Assembly: GCA_017433295.1 (NCBI GenBank) | Contig: JAFRHL010000015.1 | Coordinates: forward strand, 1-32,000 | Reading direction: 5' to 3' | Length of the DNA stretch: 32,000 nt | Origin: Eubacterium sp. | GTDB lineage: Bacteria; Bacillota; Clostridia; Lachnospirales; Lachnospiraceae | The notes under the pieces: generated by a model | What the model saw: the letters and a program-made list of their open reading frames with translations, nothing else | What the model was told of the DNA's origin: nothing | Database searches by the model: none | Part shown: positions 6,183-13,562 of the stretch, one piece after another | Layout of the letters: every line of letters starts with the position of its first letter | How positions within the stretch are numbered: position 1 is the first letter of the stretch | Position numbers and translations under genes: made by a program

Positions 6183-7220
6183 TCATGGTTTACATCTCCC
6201 GGAGGGCTGATAGCCCCCCTCTATGATCTTTTCCAGGCTTTCCGTGGATATGGTTTTATTTTTCTCCATCATATCTGCTACGCTGTCACAGGAAGGATGA
6301 TGGAAACGATGGGTGTTTGTATTAAGGATATAAGTGCCTTCCTGATCATCTGCTTCCGATGTCCCTTCAGAGCCGTTCTCAAGTTTTTCTCTCTGTCCAG
6401 TCGTTTCCTCTGCCGGCTCATAACTTTCCTCATCTCGCTCCTTCCGGTCATAATCCGGATCCGGCTTATTATCTCCGGTCCTATAATCGATGACCACACC
6501 CGGCTGGACATTATAGGCATAGATGTGAAAGCTGATCCCTGCACCACGATCTTCCACGGAGAGGGCTTCCATCTCGACTCCTGATGCTACAAGATTGTCC
6601 CCCTCAAAGACCGGAGTTACCCTGTAAAGGACGTGGTTTCCTGAAGCCCTTACATAATCCAATACTTTAAGCTCAAATGGCTGCATACCCTCAGTGTTCA
6701 GATATCTTGTGCCGGTGATCAGATTCTTTTCGTTGGCATTCTCTCCGGTCAGGGAAAATGCAATCAGGTGGCACCGGTTGTAGAGATAGTTTCCTTCAAT
6801 CAAATCATGGTAGTTGGCAACCTGCCAGCCGGAAGGATGAACTTCCCCAATCGGCCCGCGTTCTTCTTGCGGCATAGTTTCAGGGCCCACATTGGCAAAA
6901 GCAGTTCCACACCTTCTCAGGTCATCGAAGTCACTGTAGTATTCAAACACTTCTTTTGTCAGATTCTTATCCGAAAAAGAAGGCTGATTGTTGTTGATCT
7001 CGATATAAGGACTGCCAGTATATTCTGGTATATCTGTTATTTGAAATATGTTTGTTGCTGATACAGCCGGTTCTTTTTCATGATAAGATGGCTGGACTAT
7101 GAGGAAGCAGATGCACAGGATAAGTACAAGGCTGAGGATAATACTACCTGTTAAGATCCGCTTCCTTCTGATCCCTTTCTTCTTATGGATGCTGTAATTT
7201 AGATTTCTTTTCTGTTTCAA
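6183..7220 (-). CDS. Membrane-anchored DNA/RNA non-specific endonuclease (EndA / DNA-entry-nuclease-like), 345 aa, TTG start
   Basis: It has an N-terminal basic stretch plus a TM helix (ILTGSIILSLVLILCICFLIV). The nuclease core reads ..YNRCHLIAFSLTGENANEKNLITGTRYLN..HVLYRVTPVFEGDNLVASGVEMEALSVEDRG..YNVQPGVVIDYRTG. An acidic linker and a C-terminal HRFHHPSC..GYQPSGRCKP tail follow. Confidence 0.85.
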   Translation of the reverse strand: MKQKRNLNYSIHKKKGIRRKRILTGSIILSLVLILCICFLIVQPSYHEKEPAVSATNIFQITDIPEYTGSPYIEINNNQPSFSDKNLTKEVFEYYSDFDDLRRCGTAFANVGPETMPQEERGPIGEVHPSGWQVANYHDLIEGNYLYNRCHLIAFSLTGENANEKNLITGTRYLNTEGMQPFELKVLDYVRASGNHVLYRVTPVFEGDNLVASGVEMEALSVEDRGAGISFHIYAYNVQPGVVIDYRTGDNKPDPDYDRKERDEESYEPAEETTGQREKLENGSEGTSEADDQEGTYILNTNTHRFHHPSCDSVADMMEKNKTISTESLEKIIEGGYQPSGRCKP

Positions 7221-7246
7221 CGATCCTTTTCTCCTGTTTTTTCGAA

Positions 7247-8065
7247 TTATGACAGGTCAGGCTTTCTTGAGTTCTTATGGTAAAATTCCCGGAACTCGGT
7301 GACGATTTTCCTCATAGGCTGATCCAATCTCTTCATTGTTTCCTGACGATACTCTTCCGGCATCCCGAAGTAGGCTTCCGCTATGGCACCTGCCATACAG
7401 GCAATCGTGTCACTGTCGCCGCCCAGGGAGACTGCCCTCCGGATCACATCCTCATAATCCTTTCCTTCCAGGAAAGCAATGATGGCTTCCGGAACAGATT
7501 TCTGGCAGATGGCATAGAACTTGTAGGTTGGCCGGATATCTTTTAATGTCCTGCCCAGGTCATATCCAAAGGTCTTCTCGATATATTTTCTGATCTGATC
7601 CTTACCGGCTCCGCCTCTTGCCAGGAAGATTGCTGCAGCTACTGCCTGTGCTCCCTTGATCCCTTCCGGATGATTGTGGGTCACTTCCGCCGTAAGCTTT
7701 GTCGCATGCAATGTATCTTCCAAAGTCTGATAAAGCCATCCTGCCGGGGAGACTCTCATGGCACTGCCATTGCCGAAACTGTTATAGGGCTCCGGATCCG
7801 TTGATCTAAGCCATCCATAGAACATCCCTCCATATCCTGCATCCGGATACATTCTGCCGATGCGCTGCATTTCCTCCACCAGGCAGGTTCGGATGACCTC
7901 GTCATCCTTTCCCCAGCTTTCCATCAGGGCTTTTGCCACGGCCAAAGTCATATACGAATCATCCGTAGGGCCTGAATAATACCTGAGAAGAACAAAATCA
8001 TAATCATGGGTATTATGGAATTCATAGACAGATCCAACGATATCTCCGAATATTGCTCCTAACAT
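7247..8065 (-). CDS. ADP-ribosylglycohydrolase family protein (272 aa)
   Basis: GDIVGSVYEF.., ..TDDSYMTLAV.., ..FGNGSAMRVSPAG.., ..GGDSDTIACMAGAIAEAYFG are typical ARH/DraG-family segments. The RBS GAGGAGG precedes the ATG, and the stop is 26 nt before the nuclease start. Confidence 0.9.
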   Translation of the reverse strand: MLGAIFGDIVGSVYEFHNTHDYDFVLLRYYSGPTDDSYMTLAVAKALMESWGKDDEVIRTCLVEEMQRIGRMYPDAGYGGMFYGWLRSTDPEPYNSFGNGSAMRVSPAGWLYQTLEDTLHATKLTAEVTHNHPEGIKGAQAVAAAIFLARGGAGKDQIRKYIEKTFGYDLGRTLKDIRPTYKFYAICQKSVPEAIIAFLEGKDYEDVIRRAVSLGGDSDTIACMAGAIAEAYFGMPEEYRQETMKRLDQPMRKIVTEFREFYHKNSRKPDLS

Positions 8066-8124
8066 CAGCTATTCCTCCTCTCTGATTTGATCTCATGTCT
8101 GTTTCAATCATTAGGATAGCATAG

Positions 8125-8161
8125 AAGTCTCCTGATTAAGTCGCCTCACAGGAGACTTTTT
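8125..8161 (+). terminator. 10-bp hairpin followed by T5 on the + strand, located in the leader of the ARH-nuclease operon
   Basis: AAGTCTCCTG (8125-8134) pairs with CAGGAGACTT (8149-8158), then TTT. The U-tract exists only on the + strand. Confidence 0.35.
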
Positions 8162-8245
8162 CCGTCCTTTGGATTTTCTTCTCTGGTTATTATATCATTC
8201 TTGAATCCCGCTGACGCAGTGAGTTTCCGTATAATCAGGATAATC

Positions 8246-8455
8246 TCAATGGGTTGAATAATACACCAGATAGCCCCACGCAGCTATCGCTACCAGAAAT
8301 AAGATGAGCCCCAATAACCTTGTTACCGGGCCACTCTCCCTCCTCAGAATCAGGGATAGCCCAACAAAGGGCATCGCCACAATCCCGAATACCAGCACTA
8401 AAAGGAAGCTCTTTAATATTGGATTTATGCCATTAATTCTTACGTTTTCATTCAT
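8246..8455 (-). CDS. Small membrane protein, two predicted TM helices (69 aa)
   Basis: Hydrophobic segments FLLVLVFGIVAMPFVGLSLIL and LLGLILFLVAIAAWGYLVYY. Confidence 0.5.
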   Translation of the reverse strand: MNENVRINGINPILKSFLLVLVFGIVAMPFVGLSLILRRESGPVTRLLGLILFLVAIAAWGYLVYYSTH

Positions 8456-8524
8456 TGTCGTATCAACTCCTTAATGCAAAGACCTGCGATTGATGTTATG
8501 ATAAGCCTTCTTTACCACAGACAG

Positions 8525-8722
8525 TTACGGCTGTGTCGTTTCTTCCTCATCATCCTTCATCATTTCTGCAAAAATCTCACTCATGATCCGTATAAGATCT
8601 CCTGCCTCCGGATGCTCTGAGAGCAGGATCTCTGATGTCTTTCCCTGTACGTAGATCTGGTGATAAACCCAGCAGGCAAACTGGCTGAGTTCCACTATTA
8701 AGTTCCCAATTATATCCTTCAT
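8525..8722 (-). CDS. Hypothetical small acidic protein (65 aa)
   Basis: The ORF lies 6 nt downstream of the RepA_N-like ORF in the same orientation. No motif recognised. Confidence 0.4.
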   Translation of the reverse strand: MKDIIGNLIVELSQFACWVYHQIYVQGKTSEILLSEHPEAGDLIRIMSEIFAEMMKDDEEETTQP

Positions 8723-8728
8723 GACTGC

Positions 8729-9130
8729 CTAGAAACTTTCAAGTCCATCTGAGGGAATCTCATATATCTCTTTTGTTTTATCTATGGGATGGGTTGACAG
8801 CTTTAATGTCATCTCAAAATATTCTTTCATTCGCTTTTGGCCTTCCAGTAATCCTGCACATTCCAATTCTGACAAACATTCGGCAGCCTGCTTTCTGGTG
8901 ATTCCCATATCCTTCTGAATCTCTTCAAGAGGATAAATCACATATACCAGACCATCCTCATCAACCCAGTGATTCTTAAGAGAAAACTGCATCCGGTCCA
9001 TTAGGAATCCATAGGTGATCTTGGCCCAGCTCTGCATCCCGGAGAATGTCTTTTCTGTCATCAAGGTCTTGGGAATCCAGATGAAAGAGTACCTGTCTGC
9101 CTGTTTTCCGTAAAATTAATTCGATTCCAT
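8729..9130 (-). pseudogene. RepA_N-type replication-initiator-like gene with a nonsense codon at codon 5
   Basis: From ATG 9130 (AAGGAGG upstream) the frame reads MESN-TAA(9116-9118)-FYGKQADRYSFIWIPKTLMTEKTFSGMQSWAKITYGFLMDRMQFSLKNHWVDEDGLVYVIY.., the conserved RepA_N core. The only start after the stop is TTG/ATG at 9064/9061, which removes the conserved N-terminus. Confidence 0.6.
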
Positions 9131-9587
9131 TTAATTCTCTGCCTCCTTGTCTTTCTTCCATTGATCCAACAGGGAGAGGATCACCTGTTCCATATCCTTT
9201 GTACTGTAATCTGCAGGAAAATATTTCATGAGTTTGGTCTCATTGAATGTAACTTTTCTGGCCGGAGCCTTTATCGGAATCATGCTATTGAGTCGACTCA
9301 TCATCCGTCATATCTCTGATAAATGCCGGGACTGAAGAAAGGCCGGCCTGTTTTGCTGCATGCATTCTACGGTGTCCTGAGATCATCTCATAAGTATTAT
9401 TCTCCGCCGGTCTGAGGATAACCGGTGACAGGACTCCGTTCCTCCGGATGCTCTGCACCAGTTCCTCCATCTTGTCATCATCGACTACTTTGAATGGGTG
9501 GTTCTTAAAGCCATGGATCAGACTGATATCTACCTCACTGGCGCTTTCTTCACCAGGAATACCCATCAGTTCTTCCAGGGTTGCCAT
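9131..9587 (-). pseudogene. parB: ParB-like protein with an internal deletion and frame change
   Basis: ORF 9285-9587 encodes only the ParB N-terminal domain (..HPFKVVDDDKMEELVQSIRRNGVLSPVILRP..YEMISGHRRMHAAKQAG..) and stops at TAG 9285. A 50-aa ORF in another frame (9131-9283, MIPIKAPARKVTFNETKLMKYFPADYSTKDMEQVILSLLDQWKKDKEAEN) looks like the usual C-terminal tail. The central HTH part is absent. Confidence 0.7.
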
Positions 9588-9588
9588 C

Positions 9589-10575
9589 TTAATTTTCTGT
9601 CCGCTTCTGGTTTTCACTCCCAAGCACTTCCTTTGTATGATTCTCATAAGCTGCTGCCACCTTATTCCTGGGGCAGTGTCTAAAGATACTAACTCCTTCT
9701 GCACTGGCTTCCGCTGCCCTAACTGATAATGGAATCTTTGTATCAAAGATTTTAATCTGAAATCCGTAGCTATCCTGGACACTGGCATAGATGTCTTTGG
9801 CAAAATTGATCCTGAAATCCACGATAGTCAGCAGAATTCCCTCAATGCTGAGCTTTCTGTTAAGCCTTCTCTTCACCATGAAGACAGTTTTAATAAGCTG
9901 CTGAAGGCCGTTGACCGGCAAATAGGCCGACTGGACCGGTATTATTATGGAATCTGCTGCTGCCATGGCATTGATCGTCAGCATCCCCAGGCTGGGAGAA
10001 CAATCCAGAAGGATATATTGATACTGGTCTTTTACCATCTCTATGTATTCCTTCAGGATGACTTCCCGGCTCATCACGGAGCCCATTGTAATTTCCAAAG
10101 CAGACAGCTCAATATTTGCCGGCAGCAGATCCACTCCTTCTTCGTGGTGAAGGATCCCTGCTGTAGATTCAATATCCTCCTCATTAATGATCGCTGTCAT
10201 GATAGTCGCAAGGGTGACCTTGATGTCATCAGGCTCTACAAATCCAAGACTTGCTGTCAGGCTTCCCTGAGGATCAACATCAATGAGAAGAACCTTCTTC
10301 CCTTCCCTGGCCAAACCTATGCCAAGGTTCACTGCGGACGTGGTCTTGGCCACTCCGCCCTTCTGATTACATAGGCAAATCACTTTACATACACCGCCGT
10401 CACCTCCTTTATCAGTTGTGACGGCGGCCCTGCAGGCATTGCCGTATGCATTCTTATCTGCTATAATGTCTGTGTTCTTAGTAACGGGGGGCTGCCCTTC
10501 CTTTGCTGCAACAAAGGGTTTTGGGGCAGTTCCTTTTTCATTTTTGTGATCATTTTTTCTATTGTGATTCATTTG
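9589..10575 (-). CDS. parA: ParA/Soj-type partition ATPase with a ~70-aa low-complexity N-terminal extension (start uncertain: 10575 or 10587)
   Basis: Deviant Walker A reads NQKGGVAKTTSAVNLG, followed by ..KKVLLIDVDPQGS.. The stop is 1 nt before the parB ATG. Confidence 0.88.
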   Translation of the reverse strand, partial: QMNHNRKNDHKNEKGTAPKPFVAAKEGQPPVTKNTDIIADKNAYGNACRAAVTTDKGGDGGVCKVICLCNQKGGVAKTTSAVNLGIGLAREGKKVLLIDVDPQGSLTASLGFVEPDDIKVTLATIMTAIINEEDIESTAGILHHEEGVDLLPANIELSALEITMGSVMSREVILKEYIEMVKDQYQYILLDCSPSLGMLTINAMAAADSIIIPVQSAYLPVNGLQQLIKTVFMVKRRLNRKLSIEGILLTIVDFRINFAKDIYASVQDSYGFQIKIFDTKIPLSVRAAEASAEGVSIFRHCPRNKVAAAYENHTKEVLGSENQKRTEN

Positions 10576-11531
10576 TCCCCTTTCCATTTTCTTCCTTGCC
10601 ATTTTCAACATGAATCTTATCTAACATATCGGCAACCTCCCTCTGTCTTGTCGGATATAGATGTCCATAAGTGTTCAATGTCATTTTTATATCTTTATGA
10701 CCCAGCCTTTCTTTGATGATCAGAGGTTCTATTCCCTGATGTATCAGATAAGCCACATGGCTGTGTCGAAAATCGTGTACCCGGATCTTATGCAGATTTC
10801 CTTTTTGAATCTCTCTTTTCAGCTTATGCTGGACAGCTTCCTGTACAATAGGAAACAGTCTCTGCTCATCTTTCAGACCATAGATTCGGCTCATATACTT
10901 CTCTATCTCTTCTGCCAAGAATCCAGGAATCTCTATAACTCTGATCGATGAATTAGTCTTAGGGGCCGTTATGATATCCTGACCATCATTCCTGTAGTAG
11001 GTCTTTGTGATACTGATCTTACAGCTTCTAAAATCAATATCCGACTTAGTAAGAGCCAGCAGCTCTCCAATCCTCATACCCGTCCAGTAAAGAATCTGGA
11101 ATAGTATATAGTATCTTGATTCAGGCTGAATCTGCTTAATAAATGCCTGATGTTCATCCAATGTCCAGAAATCAATCCTCATAGCATCCGGCCTCCCCAT
11201 TTTTTTACTGGTATACACAGATTTTATGAAAGACAGTAAATCTTTACTGCGTGCGTATAAATTGCAGTTAACTGATTTTGAATCATCCGAAGGTATGTAT
11301 CTTGATAGCCTTTTTCAATGATGATGTTCTGCCAACTAATAATGTCAGCTGGCTTGATATCGTAAAATTTACATGATCAATCTGTTTCTTCGACTTTTCA
11401 CTTCTTTCCCACTGAAGAGCCTCCCGTTTTGTCTTAAAGCCTCGCTTTTTAATGTGTCTTCGCACACCAGTCCACTCTGATACATACATCTGTACAGTCC
11501 AGCTTCCGTTACGTTCCTTAGAAACTGACAT
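10559..11531 (-). pseudogene. int: Tyrosine recombinase/integrase (Tn916-Int-like architecture), disrupted
   Basis: The arm-binding ORF is 11283-11531 (..NGSWTVQMYV..RGFKTKREALQWE..). A core-binding segment sits in a third frame (FYDIKPADIISWQN..TYLRMIQNQLTAIYTHAVKIY) and ends at TAA 11224-11226. The catalytic ORF is 10559-11218 (TGMRIGE, HDFRHSH, LGHKDIKMTLNTYGHLY). The total span of 973 nt is shorter than typical. Confidence 0.85.
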
Positions 11532-11673
11532 ATTCTAACCACCCTCTATACGCCTTCGACTAATGGGCCCCCGTAAATCCTTTTCTCTAGATAAGCTCTG
11601 GGAATCTTCCCGGTTACAGTAAAGTACCCTTGTTCTTTAAGCTCATTATTGTGATTCTTCCATACGCTATGAC

Positions 11674-12012
11674 ATGGCATTGCCGATTGCCAACATTCTT
11701 GATATCGATATTAATCTGATCTGCAAGGACAATCCCTTCCGGGGTGAAGAGGATTTGCCACCATTACTTTGGGAAGCAAAAGGGCTGCTCACTGATAGGA
11801 ATAAGAGAAGCTACACACAAAACCAGCTTGTCCCTGTGATCAATCTGTATGATTACAAAGATTTTCCCCAGATCTATTGACTTCTGGCAAATTTTTATTT
11901 ATTGAGTGACACAGGAAGGGAACAGGTAATTGATATGCTTGAAGGGGTAAAGCTCAGACATGTGGATCCGGAAAGAAATAAGACATTAAAATCGGTGAAA
12001 AGACAAAATTAA
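11674..12012 (+). pseudogene. Remnant of an XRE/HTH-type regulator (N-terminally truncated, in-frame TGA at 11878-11880)
   Basis: MALPIANILDIDINLI.. resembles the last helix of an HTH_3 domain. The same frame continues after the TGA as ..LLSDTGREQVIDMLEGVKL.. to TAA 12012 and is followed by a + strand terminator. Confidence 0.35.
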
Positions 12013-12055
12013 TGAACCTGTTTAATGAGATTTTAAATTTTTGTAGCCAAAATGT

Positions 12056-12087
12056 AGCTACTTCAGACCTCTGAAGTGGCTTTTTTC
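12056..12087 (+). terminator. Intrinsic terminator on the + strand (end of the XRE remnant)
   Basis: AGCTACTTCAGA / TCTGAAGTGGCT stem (12 bp including one G-U) followed by T6 (12081-12086). Confidence 0.7.
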
Positions 12088-12090
12088 ACG

Positions 12091-12123
12091 AAAAAAAGGA
12101 CCCTCCGATTTCTCGGAGAGCCC
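12091..12123 (-). terminator. Intrinsic terminator currently serving tuf
   Basis: The minus strand reads GCTCTCCGA-GAAA-TCGGAGGGTC followed by T7 (A7 on + at 12091-12097). Confidence 0.8.
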
Positions 12124-12134
12124 ATAAAATCAAG
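12121..12134 (+). repeat. Direct repeat CCCATAAAATCAAG, right boundary (attR-like) of the island
   Basis: Identical to 4036-4049, and 12 nt from the tuf stop codon. Confidence 0.6.
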
Positions 12135-12146
12135 CTATATTACAGA

Positions 12147-13340
12147 TTACTCGATAACGGAAGCAACACGGCCTGATCCAACTGTACGTCCACCTTCACG
12201 GATAGCGAAAGTAAGACCCTGCTCCATAGCTACGGGATGGATCAGCTCGATGGTCATCTCTACGTTATCACCAGGCATGCACATCTCTGTTCCCTCGGGA
12301 AGAGTGATAACGCCTGTAACGTCAGTTGTACGGAAGTAGAACTGAGGTCTGTAGTTGTTGAAGAAAGGTGTATGACGTCCACCCTCGTCTTTAGTCAGAA
12401 CGTAAACCTGAGCTGTGAACTTTGTATGGGGTGTGATGGAACCCGGTTTTGCAAGAACCTGTCCACGCTGGATCTCTGTTCTCTGAACACCACGGAGAAG
12501 GGCTCCGATGTTGTCGCCGGCCTGAGCCTCGTCAAGAAGCTTACGGAACATCTCAACACCTGTTACAACTACCTTACGGATATCTTCAACGATACCAACG
12601 ATCTCAACTTCGTCAGATACGTGTAATGTACCTCTCTCTACTCTACCGGTAGCAACGGTACCACGACCTGTGATGGAGAAGATGTCCTCGATAGGCATAA
12701 GGAAAGGCTTATCTGTGTCACGCTCGGGGTTCGGGATCCACTCGTCAACAGCGTCCATAAGCTCAAGGATCTTGTCTCCCCATTCTCCTGAAGAATCTTC
12801 AAGAGCCATAAGAGCGGAACCCTGGATGATCGGAGTGTCATCTCCCGGGAACTCGTACTCGTTAAGAAGCTCACGGATCTCCATATCTACTAACTCAAGA
12901 AGCTCCTCATCGTCTACCATATCACACTTGTTCATGAATACAACGATGTAAGGAACACCTACCTGACGGGAAAGAAGGATATGCTCTTTTGTCTGAGCCA
13001 TAACACCATCAGTAGCAGCAACTACAAGGATAGCACCGTCCATCTGAGCAGCACCTGTGATCATGTTCTTAACGTAGTCGGCATGACCTGGGCAGTCAAC
13101 GTGGGCGTAATGTCTCTTCTCTGTCTCATACTCAACGTGTGCGGTGGAGATTGTAATTCCACGCTCTCTCTCTTCCGGAGCCTTATCGATATTATCGAAT
13201 GCTACGAACTCACCAAGACCCAGTCTCTCATGAAGAGTCTTTGTGATAGCGGCTGTTAATGTAGTCTTACCATGGTCAACGTGTCCGATGGTACCGATAT
13301 TACAATGTGGTTTGGTTCTCTCAAACTTAGCTTTAGCCAT
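12147..13340 (-). CDS. tuf: Elongation factor Tu
   Basis: 397 aa, starting [33 protein letters not shown] lies 8 nt upstream. Confidence 0.99.
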   Translation of the reverse strand: MAKAKFERTKPHCNIGTIGHVDHGKTTLTAAITKTLHERLGLGEFVAFDNIDKAPEERERGITISTAHVEYETEKRHYAHVDCPGHADYVKNMITGAAQMDGAILVVAATDGVMAQTKEHILLSRQVGVPYIVVFMNKCDMVDDEELLELVDMEIRELLNEYEFPGDDTPIIQGSALMALEDSSGEWGDKILELMDAVDEWIPNPERDTDKPFLMPIEDIFSITGRGTVATGRVERGTLHVSDEVEIVGIVEDIRKVVVTGVEMFRKLLDEAQAGDNIGALLRGVQRTEIQRGQVLAKPGSITPHTKFTAQVYVLTKDEGGRHTPFFNNYRPQFYFRTTDVTGVITLPEGTEMCMPGDNVEMTIELIHPVAMEQGLTFAIREGGRTVGSGRVASVIE

Positions 13341-13484
13341 TTGAATTTCCTCCTTAAAATATGCCCTGTGGCTGATTTAAAAATTAAAGCTGTAATCCGC
13401 TCGGCAAATGAATGACCGAGCGTAATTAACGGTCATAGCCAAGCCGTGGCCCCTTAAGAGTCACACCTTTTGCTATTATATTTC

Positions 13485-13513
13485 ATTTTAATATTATTTG
13501 CAAGTAAAAAATC
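13485..13513 (-). promoter_or_regulatory. Sigma-A type promoter for tuf (TTGCAA-17-TATAAT)
   Basis: -35 at 13508-13513 and -10 at 13485-13490 on the minus strand, in the fusA-tuf spacer. Confidence 0.65.
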
Positions 13514-13562
13514 ACCTGCAGAATAAAATTCTTTTTTATTATGACGTTTGTCAGAATGTGTC

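Noticed and set aside
10576-10611. ParA start at the first ATG of the 340-aa ORF
   Set aside because: That start overlaps the integrase coding end by >50 nt, and a better RBS precedes the later ATGs (10587 and 10575). The start remains uncertain.
11532-11680. A possible 44-aa excisionase-like ORF on the minus strand upstream of int (MPCHSVWKNHNNELKEQGYFTVTGKIPRAYLEKRIYGGPLVEGV)
   Set aside because: It is too short and has no recognisable HTH. It overlaps the XRE-like remnant on the other strand and could not be supported.
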